Assembly: GCA_951406725.2 (NCBI GenBank)
Contig: OX597817.1
Span: 152,582,001-152,646,000, forward strand
DNA: 64,000 nucleotides
Source of the DNA: Octopus vulgaris
Taxonomy: Eukaryota
Direction: 5' to 3'
Shown here: piece by piece, positions 41,222-54,289 of the stretch
Position numbering within the stretch: the stretch's first letter is position 1
Layout: every line of letters starts with the position of its first letter
Notes under the pieces: model-generated
Told to the model about the DNA's origin: nothing
Databases searched by the model: none
Seen by the model: the letters and a program-made list of their open reading frames with translations, nothing else
Position numbers and translations under genes: made by a program

Positions 41222-41309
41222 TATAAGGAAAATAAGACAAGGTACAAAATGCTAAAATAATTTGATAAAATTATTTTAGCATTTCCTACCTTGTCTTATT
41301 TTCCTTATA
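41222..41309. repeat. Near-perfect fold-back palindrome (~42-bp arms, tiny loop)
   Basis: tataaggaaaataagacaaggta..aaatgctaaaataattt / aaattattttagcattt..taccttgtcttattttccttata. Confidence 0.9.
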
Positions 41310-41339
41310 CACATCAACTCGTGTGTTACTTTTCTACCT

Positions 41340-41382
<43 letters not shown>

Positions 41383-41699
41383 CTTATAAAAGAAAATAAA
41401 TGCAAATTTGTAAATGTTTTTTTTTTTTCATGGCAAGATTTTCAGAAGATATGAAATTGTTGAAATATTAGAGTTTATTTGCAATTATTATTCAGTTTTG
41501 CTTATATTGAATTTTATCTTTCTTTTCATATAAATTTCAGTATTCTGCTGAATATACATTTGAATATGGAACAATATGAAACTATAAATAAAACATTTAT
41601 AAAAAAACATACAATGAGCTATTTAATATGATGGCCATAACTTTTAAGTAACAACAGAACAAAAAATATCCACCGTTATCAGGAAAATACAAAAGCAAG

Positions 41700-43620
41700 A
41701 ATTGAATTTTGAACAATCTATAATGCAAAGCATACTGAAAAAAGAGGAAGCTAATATAATTTAATAAATCATGGTAATATTCTCCTGTTGGCCATTGCTT
41801 GAAAATGTTTATCACTTCTCCATTATCAAAAATGAATGTCTTTCTCTGTCTTTCTCAATGCATAGCAGTATGAAAGCAGAGAGGTTCTCTTCACATAGGC
41901 TCTGCAGTATATATTTATCTAACTCGAGCTCTGAAGAGAGTGTTCCATAGTTTCTGTTGTTACTGGAGGTGTTGCATAAAATTTAAGCTGCTTATTATTA
42001 ATTAGGAAGACAAAAATTAACATAGTTTTTCTAGATACATCTGAAAGTGAATTTCAGATTAGTTTTTGGCAGTAACCGAAATGAATGAAATATCCTTAAC
42101 CATTTGGCCTTCAGATTTAATACTGTTTGGTTTGCATTGTTTTGGATTAATCATGCATTATCTTGTAACTATGATATTGTAACGATGTGATTGTATGTTT
42201 TTAGAATTACATTGTAGGATAGGTGTAAGAGTGCAGATTTTGACAGTTTAAGCACAAAACAAGTAGAATATTTAGGCCGGATATGGCCATTTTAAACGCT
42301 AAAGGGTTAACCCTATCAACAGTTTTTCAACTTCTCTACGATCCACAGAGTTTATAGAAGATATTTAGATCTTGAACTTTACCAGATGTTACCGAGTCGC
42401 CATTTACTTTCACCTTATTGACTCAATTTGGCCACAGGGAAGCTTCAGGAATTACTGGCCTAATCTGCATTCTTTCATTTAAATCTATCCTTAATTTCTA
42501 GCACAAGTGTATCTAGAATCGTATTATACTTTCACACCGTAGGACTCCTTCAGACTCTGCGACGGTTGATCTGTTATTACAGGCATAGAGCGTTCCTTGA
42601 ACCTCGCTAGTGATTTTCTCTATCTGCACTGACCATGAATTTTTTTCTCTGATACCTCTGTATCTACATCTTGTTAGTCTTACATTCTGTTGTTTCTTTC
42701 TAGCGACTACAACCCACTTGTGTTTCCCTCATCGTGCAAGGAATCTACGTTTTCATTTGCTTTTATGTTGTGTATCTCTACCGATAAAATCAATGTAGTT
42801 GAATGGTCCATATCCATTTTTGGTTGCGAAAGTTTCCAAAGTATAGCATCTGATATGGACTAGTGTTCAACTCGAAATCGATGACCAACAAAGCCAACCT
42901 TGCGTTGAGCAACAACACTAGAGGAAGGTGGAATGGGCCCACAAACCTCTTCTTTGATCTTGCCTCGCGTATTCAGATGTTTGGTGCGTGCAGAATCAGA
43001 GTGATCTTGTAGCGAGGTTACAAACGAGGCGTACCACTTATTTGATACTACTATTTTAATGAATGAGACGAAATGGTGAATTCAATTTGCCCTCTCTCCA
43101 AGCACAAGGTTCGAGCAGTGTTTATGACAGTGAGCATATCAATCATTTTTATGGAGATTCTCTTTTGTTAGCATCACACCTCTGACACCTTTTGCTTTTT
43201 ATTAATGAGGCATTTATTTCCAAACAGCCAGGGCCTATCCTTCAAGTTCGTCACCTCTTGTAGACCATACATCACACATTTCAATGAAATGCTCTGTGAT
43301 TTCATTATGAAACATAAAGCATAGGCATACAGAAGACGGTTTAGTGTGAGAAACATCTGTAGTTTCATCCATTAAAAAAGTGAATATAACGTTGCTGTTT
43401 TGATGTCTTTCAGTATTGATTTTCTGACACAAGTAGACAAAACCTCGATTATGTGATTCTGAATACGGTTTGAGAGCACTGACAGCTGTGGTTTCTTTTT
43501 TAGAATAGGCGCACTGTACAACAAGCTAAATGGTTCTTGATGGCATTGCTGTATTTGGTAAATAGTCCAGTTGAAGGACGTTTCCTATATTTTAGCTTGC
43601 TTCATACCGCCTTAAAGGAG
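41700..43620 (-). mobile_element. hAT (ZMYM1/THAP12-like) transposase remnant
   Basis: SNRIQNHIIEVL, FTFLMDETTDVSH...LCF...EHF; C-terminal ATPPVTT...EENLSAFILLCIE resembles the hAT dimerisation domain. Confidence 0.7.
42096..42310. mobile_element. TTAA-flanked (piggyBac-type) MITE
   Basis: ttaaccatttggccttcaga ... ttaaacgctaaagggttaa. Confidence 0.6.
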
Positions 43621-44801
43621 AAGGAAAATAACAACCAGCATAATAGACCACGTGTTACAAATTAACATGAACACCAGACAATTTCATTATACTTTAACAG
43701 ATACAACCCTATTTCAGTCATTTTTCTTCGTACAACATGAGGCCTTGTGGTTTGGGTTTTCGGTGTACGATCATAAGGTCATATAAGAAAAGAAAAGATC
43801 CATGGAAGGGAAGACGGAGGAAAAACACTCGCCAACGATACACACGCGGTCACATATTGAATGTGTGTGTATTTATATATTTATTTATCTATCTCTCAGT
43901 ATATGTCTATTGTCTTTAGGTATGTATATAAATATATGAACACACACACACACGCAGGCAGGCGCGCGCGCGCACACACACACACACACCTTAAACTAGT
44001 GAAAAAGAGAACGATTCAAGATTGTCTTGTGCCTGAACGTTTTGGAGAGAAACAACTAGTCAGTTGGATATGCGAGACTCCTAGACCGAGGGGCGTATTG
44101 TGTCCTTGAGCAAGGCACTTAATTTATCGTTGCTCTAGTCTATTCAGATTTAAACGAGAACCAGCCGAGTACTGGTGCCACCCACTCCTGCTGCCACGTC
44201 CTGGATTGTCCACTGAATAAAGATTGACAAAATCATGAGAGCATCTAAGTCCACTCGCGATTACATCAGCGCTCAAAACCAATTATCGAAGTCATAGTAC
44301 ATGCTACTAAATCTGGTCGCATGGTTGTAGTGTACTGTATTTGAACTTACAGCTTGTCTTGTTCTATTTCTCAGATACACAGTTCTTAACGGACGAATCA
44401 AATATATTTTGAGGTATTGATAATGTCGAAAAAAGGAAAACGTTCTCTTTATTGCCAGGATGAATTGTATGCTGAGAATTTTGTTTTGGTAGAAGTAGCA
44501 TTTAATTTCATTATAAAAACTTATGCATACATTATAAATTTATTCAAATTTTAATCAATCATGCATTGAGAAAGATAGAGGTAAATGTTGGAGTCATGCC
44601 TAAATCAGTTTAAGGGCAGCTAGGAGCAAAGCTCTTGACTGTAGGATTTGATCTCAGAAAGTATAATGAACTGGAAGAAATCCCGCAAATCATTTCTTCC
44701 ACATTCTAACGATTCTATCAGTTAATTATATTGGGTTATCAGATAAATTCGTTCGTCAACATCGCCATGTTAATCCTTTCCAATATTATTTGACTTGCCG
44801 C

Positions 44802-45100
44802 GGAGGCGCATGATTTAGTGGTTAGGGGTATTCAGCTTACGGTCGTAAGGTTGTGTCCTTGAGCAAGACACTTTATTTCCCGTTGCTCCAGTCCACCCAG
44901 CTAGTCAAAATTAATAGTATCTGCAATTCGAAGGGCCAGCTTTGTCACATTCTGTGTCACGCTGAATCTCCCTGCGAACTATGTTAAGGATATGCGTGTC
45001 TGTGGAGTGCTCAGCCACTTGCACGTTAATTTCGCGGGCATGCTGCTCTGTTGATCGGATCAACCGAAACCCTCGTCATCGCAACCGACGGAGTACCAGT
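44802..45100 (+). mobile_element. SINE family B copy
   Basis: Homology to 53047-53380. Confidence 0.85.
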
Positions 45101-46229
45101 TTTTATTTGAATTGACGCGAAGAATTATTTTTATCGTAGTGTTTTATGTCTTTTAGTAGCTTTATTCTTCCTCTGCAAGTTTTGTTTATCGGTTTTTGAA
45201 ATTTGAATAAATTTTATCGTTTTTTTTCCAAACATGACGATGGAATATCAAGTCGGAAAAAAAACCCCAACAGAAAACGTAAAACGAAACGAACGAATTT
45301 ATCCGACAACAATACATCTATTCAAATAAGTTACATTACACATATTTCAGTCACTGGTTTGCTTTGTTATTAAAAAAAATAATCTGAAGCCGAATTCTTA
45401 CTTAGTCGAGCCGCTTTTGTGTGAAAAATAATGATTTGTAACAGAAGCACAAAGCGAGGCATGCCGAAGAACAGAGAGTTAGAAGTGTATCTAAGACAAA
45501 AGAATCGACCGTAATTGTCACATTTGCGAAAATATTGCGTCAGTGTATGATAAATAATCTGAGTATTTTATTATTTTTATTCTCTTTTAATGACAATTAT
45601 ATTGTATATAAAAATAAATTTCGCATTAAGATCTGAAGGTTATGACGTACTGTTTCATACAATATTAATTAAAAACACATTAATTTTAATATGAACATTT
45701 AAGCTTCTGAATCAGGGACATTTTTACATATTGATTTAGTAATTGTGGAATTAGTAGGTGGAAGAAAAAAGAAAAATAACAACAGTAACAAAACACGTGC
45801 TAGTAATTCTATTAAATTCTGTTGAAATACATTTTTGAATTTTGTCTAAAAGAACAAATTTGACATGAAGACAAAACAGCAGATACATATCTCAAGCCTC
45901 TATTCTTCTTCCTGTCTTTGCGTTTTATGAAAAATACTCAGTAAAGAATGGATAAAATGTATGACTTTACTAAGCAGACAGGCGTTCTGAATATTTGAAT
46001 TCGGTCATTAAATATTATGCCGTCTCACTAATTCAACAGAAAACTTAAGGTCTGAGAATCAAATATTTCTATATTATATATTCGCTACGTGTATTTTTAT
46101 GTAGCTTCACTGAGTCCATATTCGACTTTTTATGTTTGTGTGTATGTGTGCATGTGTGCGTGTGGTATGTATGTATGTATGTATGTATGTATGTATGTAT
46201 GTATGTATGTATGTATGTATGTATACATA

Positions 46230-46610
46230 GACGCAGGAGTGGCTGTGTGGTAAGTAGCTTGCTTACCATCCACATGGTTCCGGGTTCAGTCCCACTGCGT
46301 GACACCTTGGGCAAGTGTTTCTACTATAGCTTCGGGCTGACCAAAGCCTTGTGAGTGGATTTGGTAGATGGAAACTGAAAGAAGTCTGTCGTATATATAT
46401 GTATATATGTATGTGTGTATATGTTTGTGTGTCTGTGTTTGTCCCCCAACCGATACTGGTGTGTTTACGTCCACGTAACTTAGCGGTTCAGCAAAGAGAC
46501 CGATAGAATAAGCACTAGGCTTACAAAGAATAAGTCCTGAGGTCGATTTCTTCGACTAAAGGCGGTGCTCCAGCATGGCCGCAGTCAAATAACTGAAACA
46601 AGTAAAAGAG
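46230..46610 (+). mobile_element. SINE family A copy
   Basis: Homology to 1248-1640. Confidence 0.9.
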
Positions 46611-46991
46611 TATATAAATGCATATACTTATATTTATACACTCATATGTATAAATATATATATGTGTGTGTGTGTGTGCTATGTATACACACATAAATAT
46701 GTGTATACACACGCACACATATGGTTTTGTTAAGGCGTAGTAATACTAATGACTTGTTAGAACCCCATATACATATGTTTCAGATTTAAATGCATTCCAA
46801 AATAAATATCGACTTAATTTTTAAGGCTCCTGGCAATCTATATGATGATGCACAAGCACTCAACTCTGATGGCACTGCTTCTTATAAAAGAAACATCTGT
46901 AAACTAATGAAGTTGATTTGGTAATTCATGCTTCCTTATCTTCCAATATATACGTAGATACGTACATACATACATACATACATACACACAC

Positions 46992-47285
46992 ATAAAAGAT
47001 GGAGGTGGAAATAACATAGAAGTATGTCTAAGACATTTCAATTTAAGAGGGAATTTAATAAAAACGATTTTTAAAATTATATAAAGAAAATATTATTGGC
47101 TTCGATGAATCTCATCTTTTTGCTTCATATTTTTATAAATTTTTACTGATTTTTGATAAGATGAGATTCATCTAAACCGGTAATATTTTCTTTATATGAT
47201 TTTAAAAATCAATTTTATTAAATTCCCTCTTAAATTGAAGTGTCTTAGACTTACTTCTGTGTTAGTTCCACCACCATCTTTTGTA
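46992..47285. repeat. Imperfect inverted repeat, ~127-bp arms, ~39-nt loop
   Basis: 46992-47118 versus 47158-47285, e.g. caatttaagagggaatttaataaaa / ttttattaaattccctcttaaattg. Confidence 0.9.
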
Positions 47286-47619
47286 TATAACATTCTGATT
47301 TGTATAGATCTCTAACCTTTTTTCAACTATTGTGTTCCTTTCTGTTGAAGAGCGTAGGCTCGAAATGCAAAAGACTTTCTCACCTTCCCGAGCGTTAAAC
47401 TAATACACATGTTTGTTGTTTATACACCTGTCTTAGTTTTTTTTTGGTTTTTCTGTAAGTTTCAACTATATATATATATATATATGCTTATATACATATA
47501 TGTATATATACATATATATGTGTGTGTGTATATATATATTTATGCATATATACATATATGTATATATACATATATATGTGTGTGTGTATACACACACACA
47601 CACACACACACACAAATAT

Positions 47620-49445
47620 ATGGGAATGAGAATGGGCCCCAACTATGCGAACCTGTTCGTTGGTTACGTTGAGGCCCAAATATTCTCAAGTTTCACTGGT
47701 CCCACCCCTGAACTATACGGTCGTTATATTGACGACTGTATCGGTGCGACTTCAATCTCACAGGAACTTCTAGACTCCTTCCTTCTTTCCATTCTGCCCT
47801 CCACTTCTGCATTATTTCCAACACCTCAGTCACCTTTCTCGACATTTAGGTCAGCATTCCTCACTCCACTCTCACCACCTCCATCCACTACAAACACACA
47901 GATTCACACTCATACCTAAACTTCTCCTCCTACCCTAAACACATCATACTCTCCATCCCCTATTCCCAATTCTTCCGTCTTCGCAGGCTCTGCAGTGACA
48001 GCCATGACTTCGAGACTCACACTTAACTCATGGCTCGCCACTTCATCCTACGTAGATATCCCCTCACCACTATCCACACCGCAAGGGTGGTGTGGATAGT
48101 GGTGAGAGGATATCCACGGTGTGGATGTTCCGTGGACCGTGCATCTGCTCTCTCCCCCCGCACCCGCCCCGCCGTCACCTGTCTCCCGTTTTCTCTCAAC
48201 TACCACCCCACCACCCTATTTCTCCAACCACCATTCTCCGAGCCTTCCGGTTACTCCATTTCGACCCCTCCACTTCGCACACGTTCCCTAACCGCCTTTC
48301 CCACTCTTTAAACGAGCCCACAACCTATGAGACCTCTTGGTCCACATCTTCTTCCCTAACCCAACCTCCCAATTTGGCTCGTTCCCCTACTCCTGCCCAC
48401 GCTGCCGCACTTGTCCTTACCTCTCCAACACCACTCTCCTCATAGGCATCCATCATCGACCCTATCATATCAATGACTCCTTCACCTGCACTTCAAGCAA
48501 CGTCATCTACTGCATCTCCTGCTCTCTCTGTCCGTCTCTATACATCGGTCAAGCGAGACGCCGTTTGGCTGACCGGTTCACGGAATACCTCCGAGATATC
48601 AAACTCGGCAACGACACCTCGATCGTGCGCCATTTCTGCTCTGCCGGTCACTCTTTACAACACCTCCCTGTGTTCGGATTGTCCTTGCACAGGAACCATC
48701 CGGACTCCAGTTTTCGCCGTGAGCAGGGATTAATCTTCTCTCTTCGCTCCTTTGTCCCACATGGGCTCAACTCTCCTCTTTTCTTCATATAACCTTCCAC
48801 CTCTCCCCTCTCCCCCTCTCTTCCCTCTTCACCTCTTCACACCTCTCCTCTCTTGCTCTGACACCTACTTCTTCTTTTCATTCCTACCCACCTTCTCCCT
48901 TCCACCCTCTCCCTTCATCGTCACCCTCCCTCGTTACTCCACCCCTACAATTCTAACTCCACTATCCCTATACATCCCTATACTCTCACCTCCCCCACGC
49001 CCCAACACCACCACCACACCACACCACCAAACCACACACCACCATACCACACACCACCACATCACACCACCCCGCACACACTAGCACTGACTACTTCTCA
49101 GCACCCATACCAGCACACACACTAGCACTGACCACTTCCCAGCATCTACACATGCTCCTACACATGCACACACGCACACTTCAAGGTCACCAGTCCCCTT
49201 CCAGACGCACATACACGTTCTCACATACACACGCACGTGCACCTTCTTTTGGGATCACCACTACTTTATTATCTCCCCTTCTTCCTAGCTCGCCTGTGTG
49301 ACCTCTCTGTCCGGCATTCGCTATGATAGATCGCTAGCCACAAAAACTTTTCTATTTTCTCTCCCTGTTTATTTCCGTGTTCCTTTCCGTCGAAGAGCCT
49401 AGGCTTGAAACGTAAAAGACTTTCTCACTTCCCGAGCGTTAAACT
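47620..49445 (+). mobile_element. Penelope-like element (Neptune-type), 5'-truncated: RT plus Cys linker plus GIY-YIG endonuclease, frameshifted
   Basis: MGPNYANLFVG...RYIDD; SIPYSQFFRLRRLCS; CPRCRTC linker; NVIYCISC...LYIGQ..R.LADRF.E GIY-YIG; 3' segment 49376-49445 is a direct repeat of 47331-47401. Confidence 0.9.
49383..49418 (+). ncRNA. Hammerhead-like motif in the Penelope 3' repeat (core CCGUCGA variant)
   Basis: CUUU-CCGUCGA-A-GAGC(CUAG)GCUU-GAA-ACGU-A^AAAG; related copy at 47338-47373. Confidence 0.45.
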
Positions 49446-49670
49446 TTTAATGATGGATTTATAGGAAAAATGAATTTCATTTTCATAATTGGCATACAAA
49501 ATTTATTCCATACATCAAATTTGAAAGCAATTGGAACAAAGTTGTAAAGTGACGAAAACCACAAAGAGCTTGCTAACGATTATGACAGTTAGCCGCCTAA
49601 CAAACTCCTCCCACAAATACTCTCCCACATATAATATATAACATTTAGTATGTATTACTATATATAGTAT

Positions 49671-49975
49671 GTTGTTTGTTCCCTCTCGAGCCATGCCTAG
49701 CTCATAAGGGCCAGTTTCCCGGTTTCCTTGGCGTATAGGTTCCCCACCTGGACGGGACGCCGGTCTGTCGCAGGTGAACTGTAAATTGCAGGAGGAAAGA
49801 GTGCGAGAAAGTTGTGGCGAAAGAGTCAGCAGAAGTTCGCCGTTACCTTCTGCCGGAGCCGCGTGGAGCTTAGGTGTTTCGCTTATAAACACACACATCG
49901 CCCGGTCTGAGATTCGAACCCGCGATCCCTCGACCGCGAGTCCGCTGCTCTAGCCACTAGGCCATGTGCCACCAC
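49671..49975 (-). mobile_element. tRNA-Arg-like-headed SINE with alternative tail
   Basis: Head and body match 29315-29500; tail cctgcgacagaccggcgtcccgtccagg...aacaaacaac differs. Confidence 0.85.
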
Positions 49976-50103
49976 TAAAAGTAAAGGCAGCCTCAGTGGA
50001 ATTTGAAATCTCATCGTGAAGAGTTTGATTAAACTGTGTGTGTGTGGTAGGTTGTCGACAACCCTGACGCTTCAACCAACTTGTTGCCTTATATATAGTA
50101 TAT

Positions 50104-50315
50104 ACTCTTTACTCTTTTACTTGTTTCATTCATTTGACTGCGGCCATGCTGGAGCACCGCCTTTAGTCGAGCAACTCGACCCCGGGACTTATTCTTTTTG
50201 TAAGCCCAGTACTTATTCTATCGGTCGCTTTTTGCCGAACCGCTAGGTGACGAGGACGTAAACACACCAGCATCGGTTGTCAAGCAATGCTAGGGGGACA
50301 AACACAGACATACAA

Positions 50316-50348
<33 letters not shown>

Positions 50349-50496
50349 CATATATACGACGGGCTTCTTTCAGTTTCCGCCTACCAAATCCACTCACAAG
50401 GCATTGGTCGGCCCGGGGCTATAGCAGAAGACACTTGCCCATGAACCCGGAACCATGTGGTTGGTTAGCAAGCTACTTACCACACAGCCACTCCTG
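50104..50496 (-). mobile_element. SINE family A copy
   Basis: Reverse-complement homology to 1248-1640. Confidence 0.9.
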
Positions 50497-51339
50497 TTAT
50501 ATAAATTATAAAAATAATAATAGAAAGTAAATACGTGTATCTCCATCGATTTCAGCTATGACTAGTCAATTCTGCTCAATCGACTAAGCTGCCTTACTAA
50601 ATAAATTTCCCTGTAAGTGACTGAGTTATGTTGAAATGGAATCAGAGTGATAGACAGTGTGCGTGTCAAGGCTGAATCTTGGAATTACTGGTACAGTTCA
50701 TTCGACATATTTTTAAACAGTTTGACTTTGCTAGCGTTCGCTCACAAAACTTGAATCTCTCTAAGAGTAAAAGACACTTGGCAGGATGTGTGTGTGTATG
50801 TGTATGTGCGACGAGTGTGCGTGGTGCATAATATATGCACGAACACACGCACGCACAGATACACGTGTGTGTGTGCGTGGGTATGTGTGCGTGTTGAACA
50901 AAGCCAAGTCTCAATTAGTACGAATTATAAAATGAAACAATTGTTCATTTAGCACGAGACTGAAGTCGCTCGAGTAAGAATGTTTTCCGGATACAGAAAT
51001 ATGAAGCTACTCGTGTTTTGTGATTCTGATGACTCAATGACTCATCCAGTTTGTATTCTCATGGCTGTCATTGTGCGGTAAGTACTGCAGTTATTTTTGA
51101 ATTTAAAATACAACTGGCATTGTTGTTTCATATAACCCGCCTCCAGTAAATGCAGAAAGTTAAGGAAAAAATACTTTTTCAGTACAGCCTTCTATTTCAA
51201 AAAGGAAGTGACTAATATACTGGAACCAAAAATCTGATCGTCATACATATATTTTACAAATAATAAGCAGTTCTAATACCTTTGAGTACTTGTTCATATC
51301 CATCATTTGGAAAGGACCAATGCCACATAAACTCTGTTA

Positions 51340-51860
51340 GATTAGAATCTAGTTGTGTGCACCAGTGTCTTGTTTAGTTTGTATTTTTGCCCAACTGCAC
51401 AGCGGGTCAACAAGGTTTGTAGTTGCATGAGTAAGTGGATCAACGAAATGCAGGGTATGACTCACCATCAGATGCTGAAAACCATTATGATTAATGGTGT
51501 TGTATGACATCAGAGATTGTTTCCAACTGTTGTTTCTGGTAAAGTAAAGAAAGAAAAACAATCTTGCAGCACATTCTAGTTCTATAATCTACTACAACCA
51601 AAAAAACACTTCCTAGAACCGCCTTCAAGACCTCTAAAAGCGCACAGAGTTTTAACTAAATGACCTGCGCATGGCAAATGCGTTCTTATCAATTTCAACA
51701 GTGAGATCATCACCACTGATTTCAATTTGAATTTGAATATAAATAATGCTTTGTGCATATGTCACAACAGTAATTCTTCCAGCTCGCTATAGCCTCTGAC
51801 GCCAATTTACATTAGAATGTGAAAACTTTCATACTCAACATTTCATACGTTCAATAATAC
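51340..51860 (-). mobile_element. Merlin (IS1016/ISXO2-like) transposase remnant
   Basis: WKNYCCDIC, ISGDDLTVEIDKNAF (cf. IGGxGxxVEIDES), GGSRKCF, GFQHLMVSHTLHFVDPLTHATTNLVD (cf. GxxHxTVNHSxxFVDPxTGAHTNxIE). Confidence 0.75.
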
Positions 51861-52249
51861 ATGAGGTCAACGACCTACAAAAGAGATACTTTGCTTCGGA
51901 AAAAAGAAATACGTTTGTTTGCAATGATAATTGTTTTAAGCCCTCATCGCCCACCACTGTAAGTATCCACTCACAATTTATATCTTCTGTGAACTTTATA
52001 TCTTCTCCGTAGTCAAGACACATTTGATTGCAAGCAAACGCTACCCATAATTTTCAGAAAAGCTTTTGTAGCTCGTGTTTTTGCTGTTAATCTCTCTAAC
52101 TCTCTTCTATTAACACACTTGGTAAGTTAATCATCGTAATTCTGGAAGTATGACAAGGAACCAAATCCAGACGCCACACATATGGGCTTCCAGTAGCAGC
52201 CATCTCCAGCCAGGACATGACCACAGTCTTCATATAGACATTTGAATTG

Positions 52250-52880
52250 AACCTAAGACACAAATACAGACATTTTGAGGGGTAAGGTGAAACAATTACG
52301 TCAACCTTTGTACTTAACTGGTACTTATTTTATCGAGTTCGAAAGGATGGAAAGTAAAGTTTACCTTGGCGGAATTTGAATTCTGAGTATAATGAACCAG
52401 AAGAAATACTGTTAGGCAGTTTATTTGATGCTGTAACGATTCTACCAGCTCGAGGTTTCTGATTTAGGCACAAGGCAAACAACTTTGAGGGTAGGAGAGT
52501 GTTAGTCGATTCCATCATTCCATTATTTGACTAGTACTTTATTTATATCGACCCGAAAAGGATGAAAAGTAAAAGTGATCACAGCAGGATTTAAATGTAG
52601 ATCTTAAAGATCCAGAACAAATGATGTAAGGTATTTTTCTTCCATGTTCTGGCGCCAGCTTGCTGCCTTTAGACAATGGTTTCTAATTTAGGAACAAGGT
52701 CAACAATTTTAGAGGAAGAGATTAGTTGATAGCATGGATCCTCGTACTTGACTGGTACTTAATTTTATCAATACCGAAACGATGCAAGGCAAAGATAACC
52801 TCGGCGGAATTTGAATTACGAACGTAAAGATTCGCAACAAATACCACAAATAAATTTTCGACGCTCTAGCGATTTTGTTA
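52250..52880 (-). mobile_element. Three tandem degenerate family C SINEs
   Basis: Repeated gactggtactt...gaaaggatgaaag...cggaatttgaa units. Confidence 0.7.
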
Positions 52881-52911
52881 ATCTACCGATCACACCCACT
52901 CATATTCATAT

Positions 52912-54030
52912 ACAGAGTGTTCGGGTTTAATTTGTCGATTTTTTATGCCTCATTTTTTTTGTAGAACAACCTGACGTATTAGTGAACTTTCAGTGGCGTT
53001 GGAGAGCATAAAGATTAAAGTTGTAGTTGAGAAAAAGTTAGCTGACGTGAGGGCGCGTGGCTTAGTGGTTAGGGCATTTGGCTCATGATCGTAAGGTTGT
53101 GAGTTCGATTCCCGGCGACGTGTTGTGTCCTTGAGCAAGACACTTTATTTCACGTTGCTCCAGTCCACTCAGCTGGCAAAAATGAGTTGTACCTGTATTT
53201 CAAAGGGCCAGCCTTGTCACACTCTGTGTCACGCTGAATCTCCTTGTGAACTACGTTAAGGTTACACGTGTCTGTGGAATGCTCAGCCACTTGCACGTTA
53301 ATTTTACGAGCAAGCTGTTCCGTTGATCGTATCAGCTGGGACTCTCGTCGTCGTAACCGACGGAGTGCTCCAGTTCAGTTAAAGTTAGCTGACATGGAAA
53401 GCTGGAAGCTATCCGAATATTGGAAAAGAGTTACCTGTAACTTAATGATTCGCGCCAGGTAACAAAATGCCGACATTATGACTATGGTTCAATGCTTTGT
53501 GAACACTGTAAAGGCTGTAAGATGTGACATGGATATCATGAAAACCAAGTTCCCCAAAACTGTTATGGTCACTGGGTGTGTCTCCCGTGAGAGTGACGTC
53601 ATGCCGTCCACATCTTTGAACAAAGTCTTAGGTTCAATTCAGACGTCTATGTGAAACTGCCGGAAACTGTGGTCCTGACTGGAGATGATTGCTGCTAGAA
53701 GCCCATATGCATGGCGTCTGGATTCGGCTCCTTGTCATACTTCCAGAGAGAGTCAGAAGTGGTTCTTGGAAAATTTCTACGACTTCACCAACCTCAATTT
53801 CTGCCTCCTAATTTCCTCACATTGTTATCCCACCGATTGCTATGTGAGAATGACACAAAGTGCACTGCCTGCAATACCAAGACCGAGCTGGTGGCCAAGA
53901 TCAAAGAGACGTTCGAAGATCTTTCCAGAAACACTGTGAAGAACACAAGCGCCAGGTTCAGAAGCCGTCTTGAGGCTGTTGCGGAAGCTTATGCTGGCTA
54001 CATTGAGTAAACTGCTACATCCTATCCATA
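52912..54030 (+). mobile_element. maT-type (DD37D) Tc1/mariner transposon remnant
   Basis: MKTKFPKTVMV; D-SAPCHTS...CYPT-D with 37 intervening residues; RFRSRLEAVAEAYAGYIE C-terminus; antisense fragment at 52140-52260. Confidence 0.75.
53047..53380 (+). mobile_element. SINE family B, young copy inside the maT remnant
   Basis: 13-bp TSD aaagttagctgac at 53034-53046 and 53381-53393. Confidence 0.92.
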
Positions 54031-54289
54031 ATCTAGTTGATATTTATATATATATCAGAATTAATAGAGCGTTGAAAAATTGCGTTGTGGTATTTATTCT
54101 AGTTCGCAACGTTCTGAGTTCAAATCCTGTCGAGGTAAGTTTTGCCTTTCATCTCGTTGGATCGATAAAGAAAGAACACAACGCACTGCCCGGCCCGGAA
54201 ATCGAAACCAAGTCCTTACGATCATTGAATGTAACATCCTAACCACTAGACCACGTGCCTTCGCCAAGAATTGCAATTATTTGGATAAA

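Noticed and set aside
51466-51535. Apparent 70-nt minus-strand exon with strong acceptor and ATG|GTGAGT donor, in phase with CaM exon 2
   Set aside because: The reading frame continues through the donor into Merlin transposase motifs (HFVDPLTHATTN); best explained as transposon sequence
53050-53120. tRNA-like sequences here and at 2985-3050, 29318-29390 and 49900-49975
   Set aside because: SINE heads continuing into SINE bodies, most with TSDs; no complete acceptor stems
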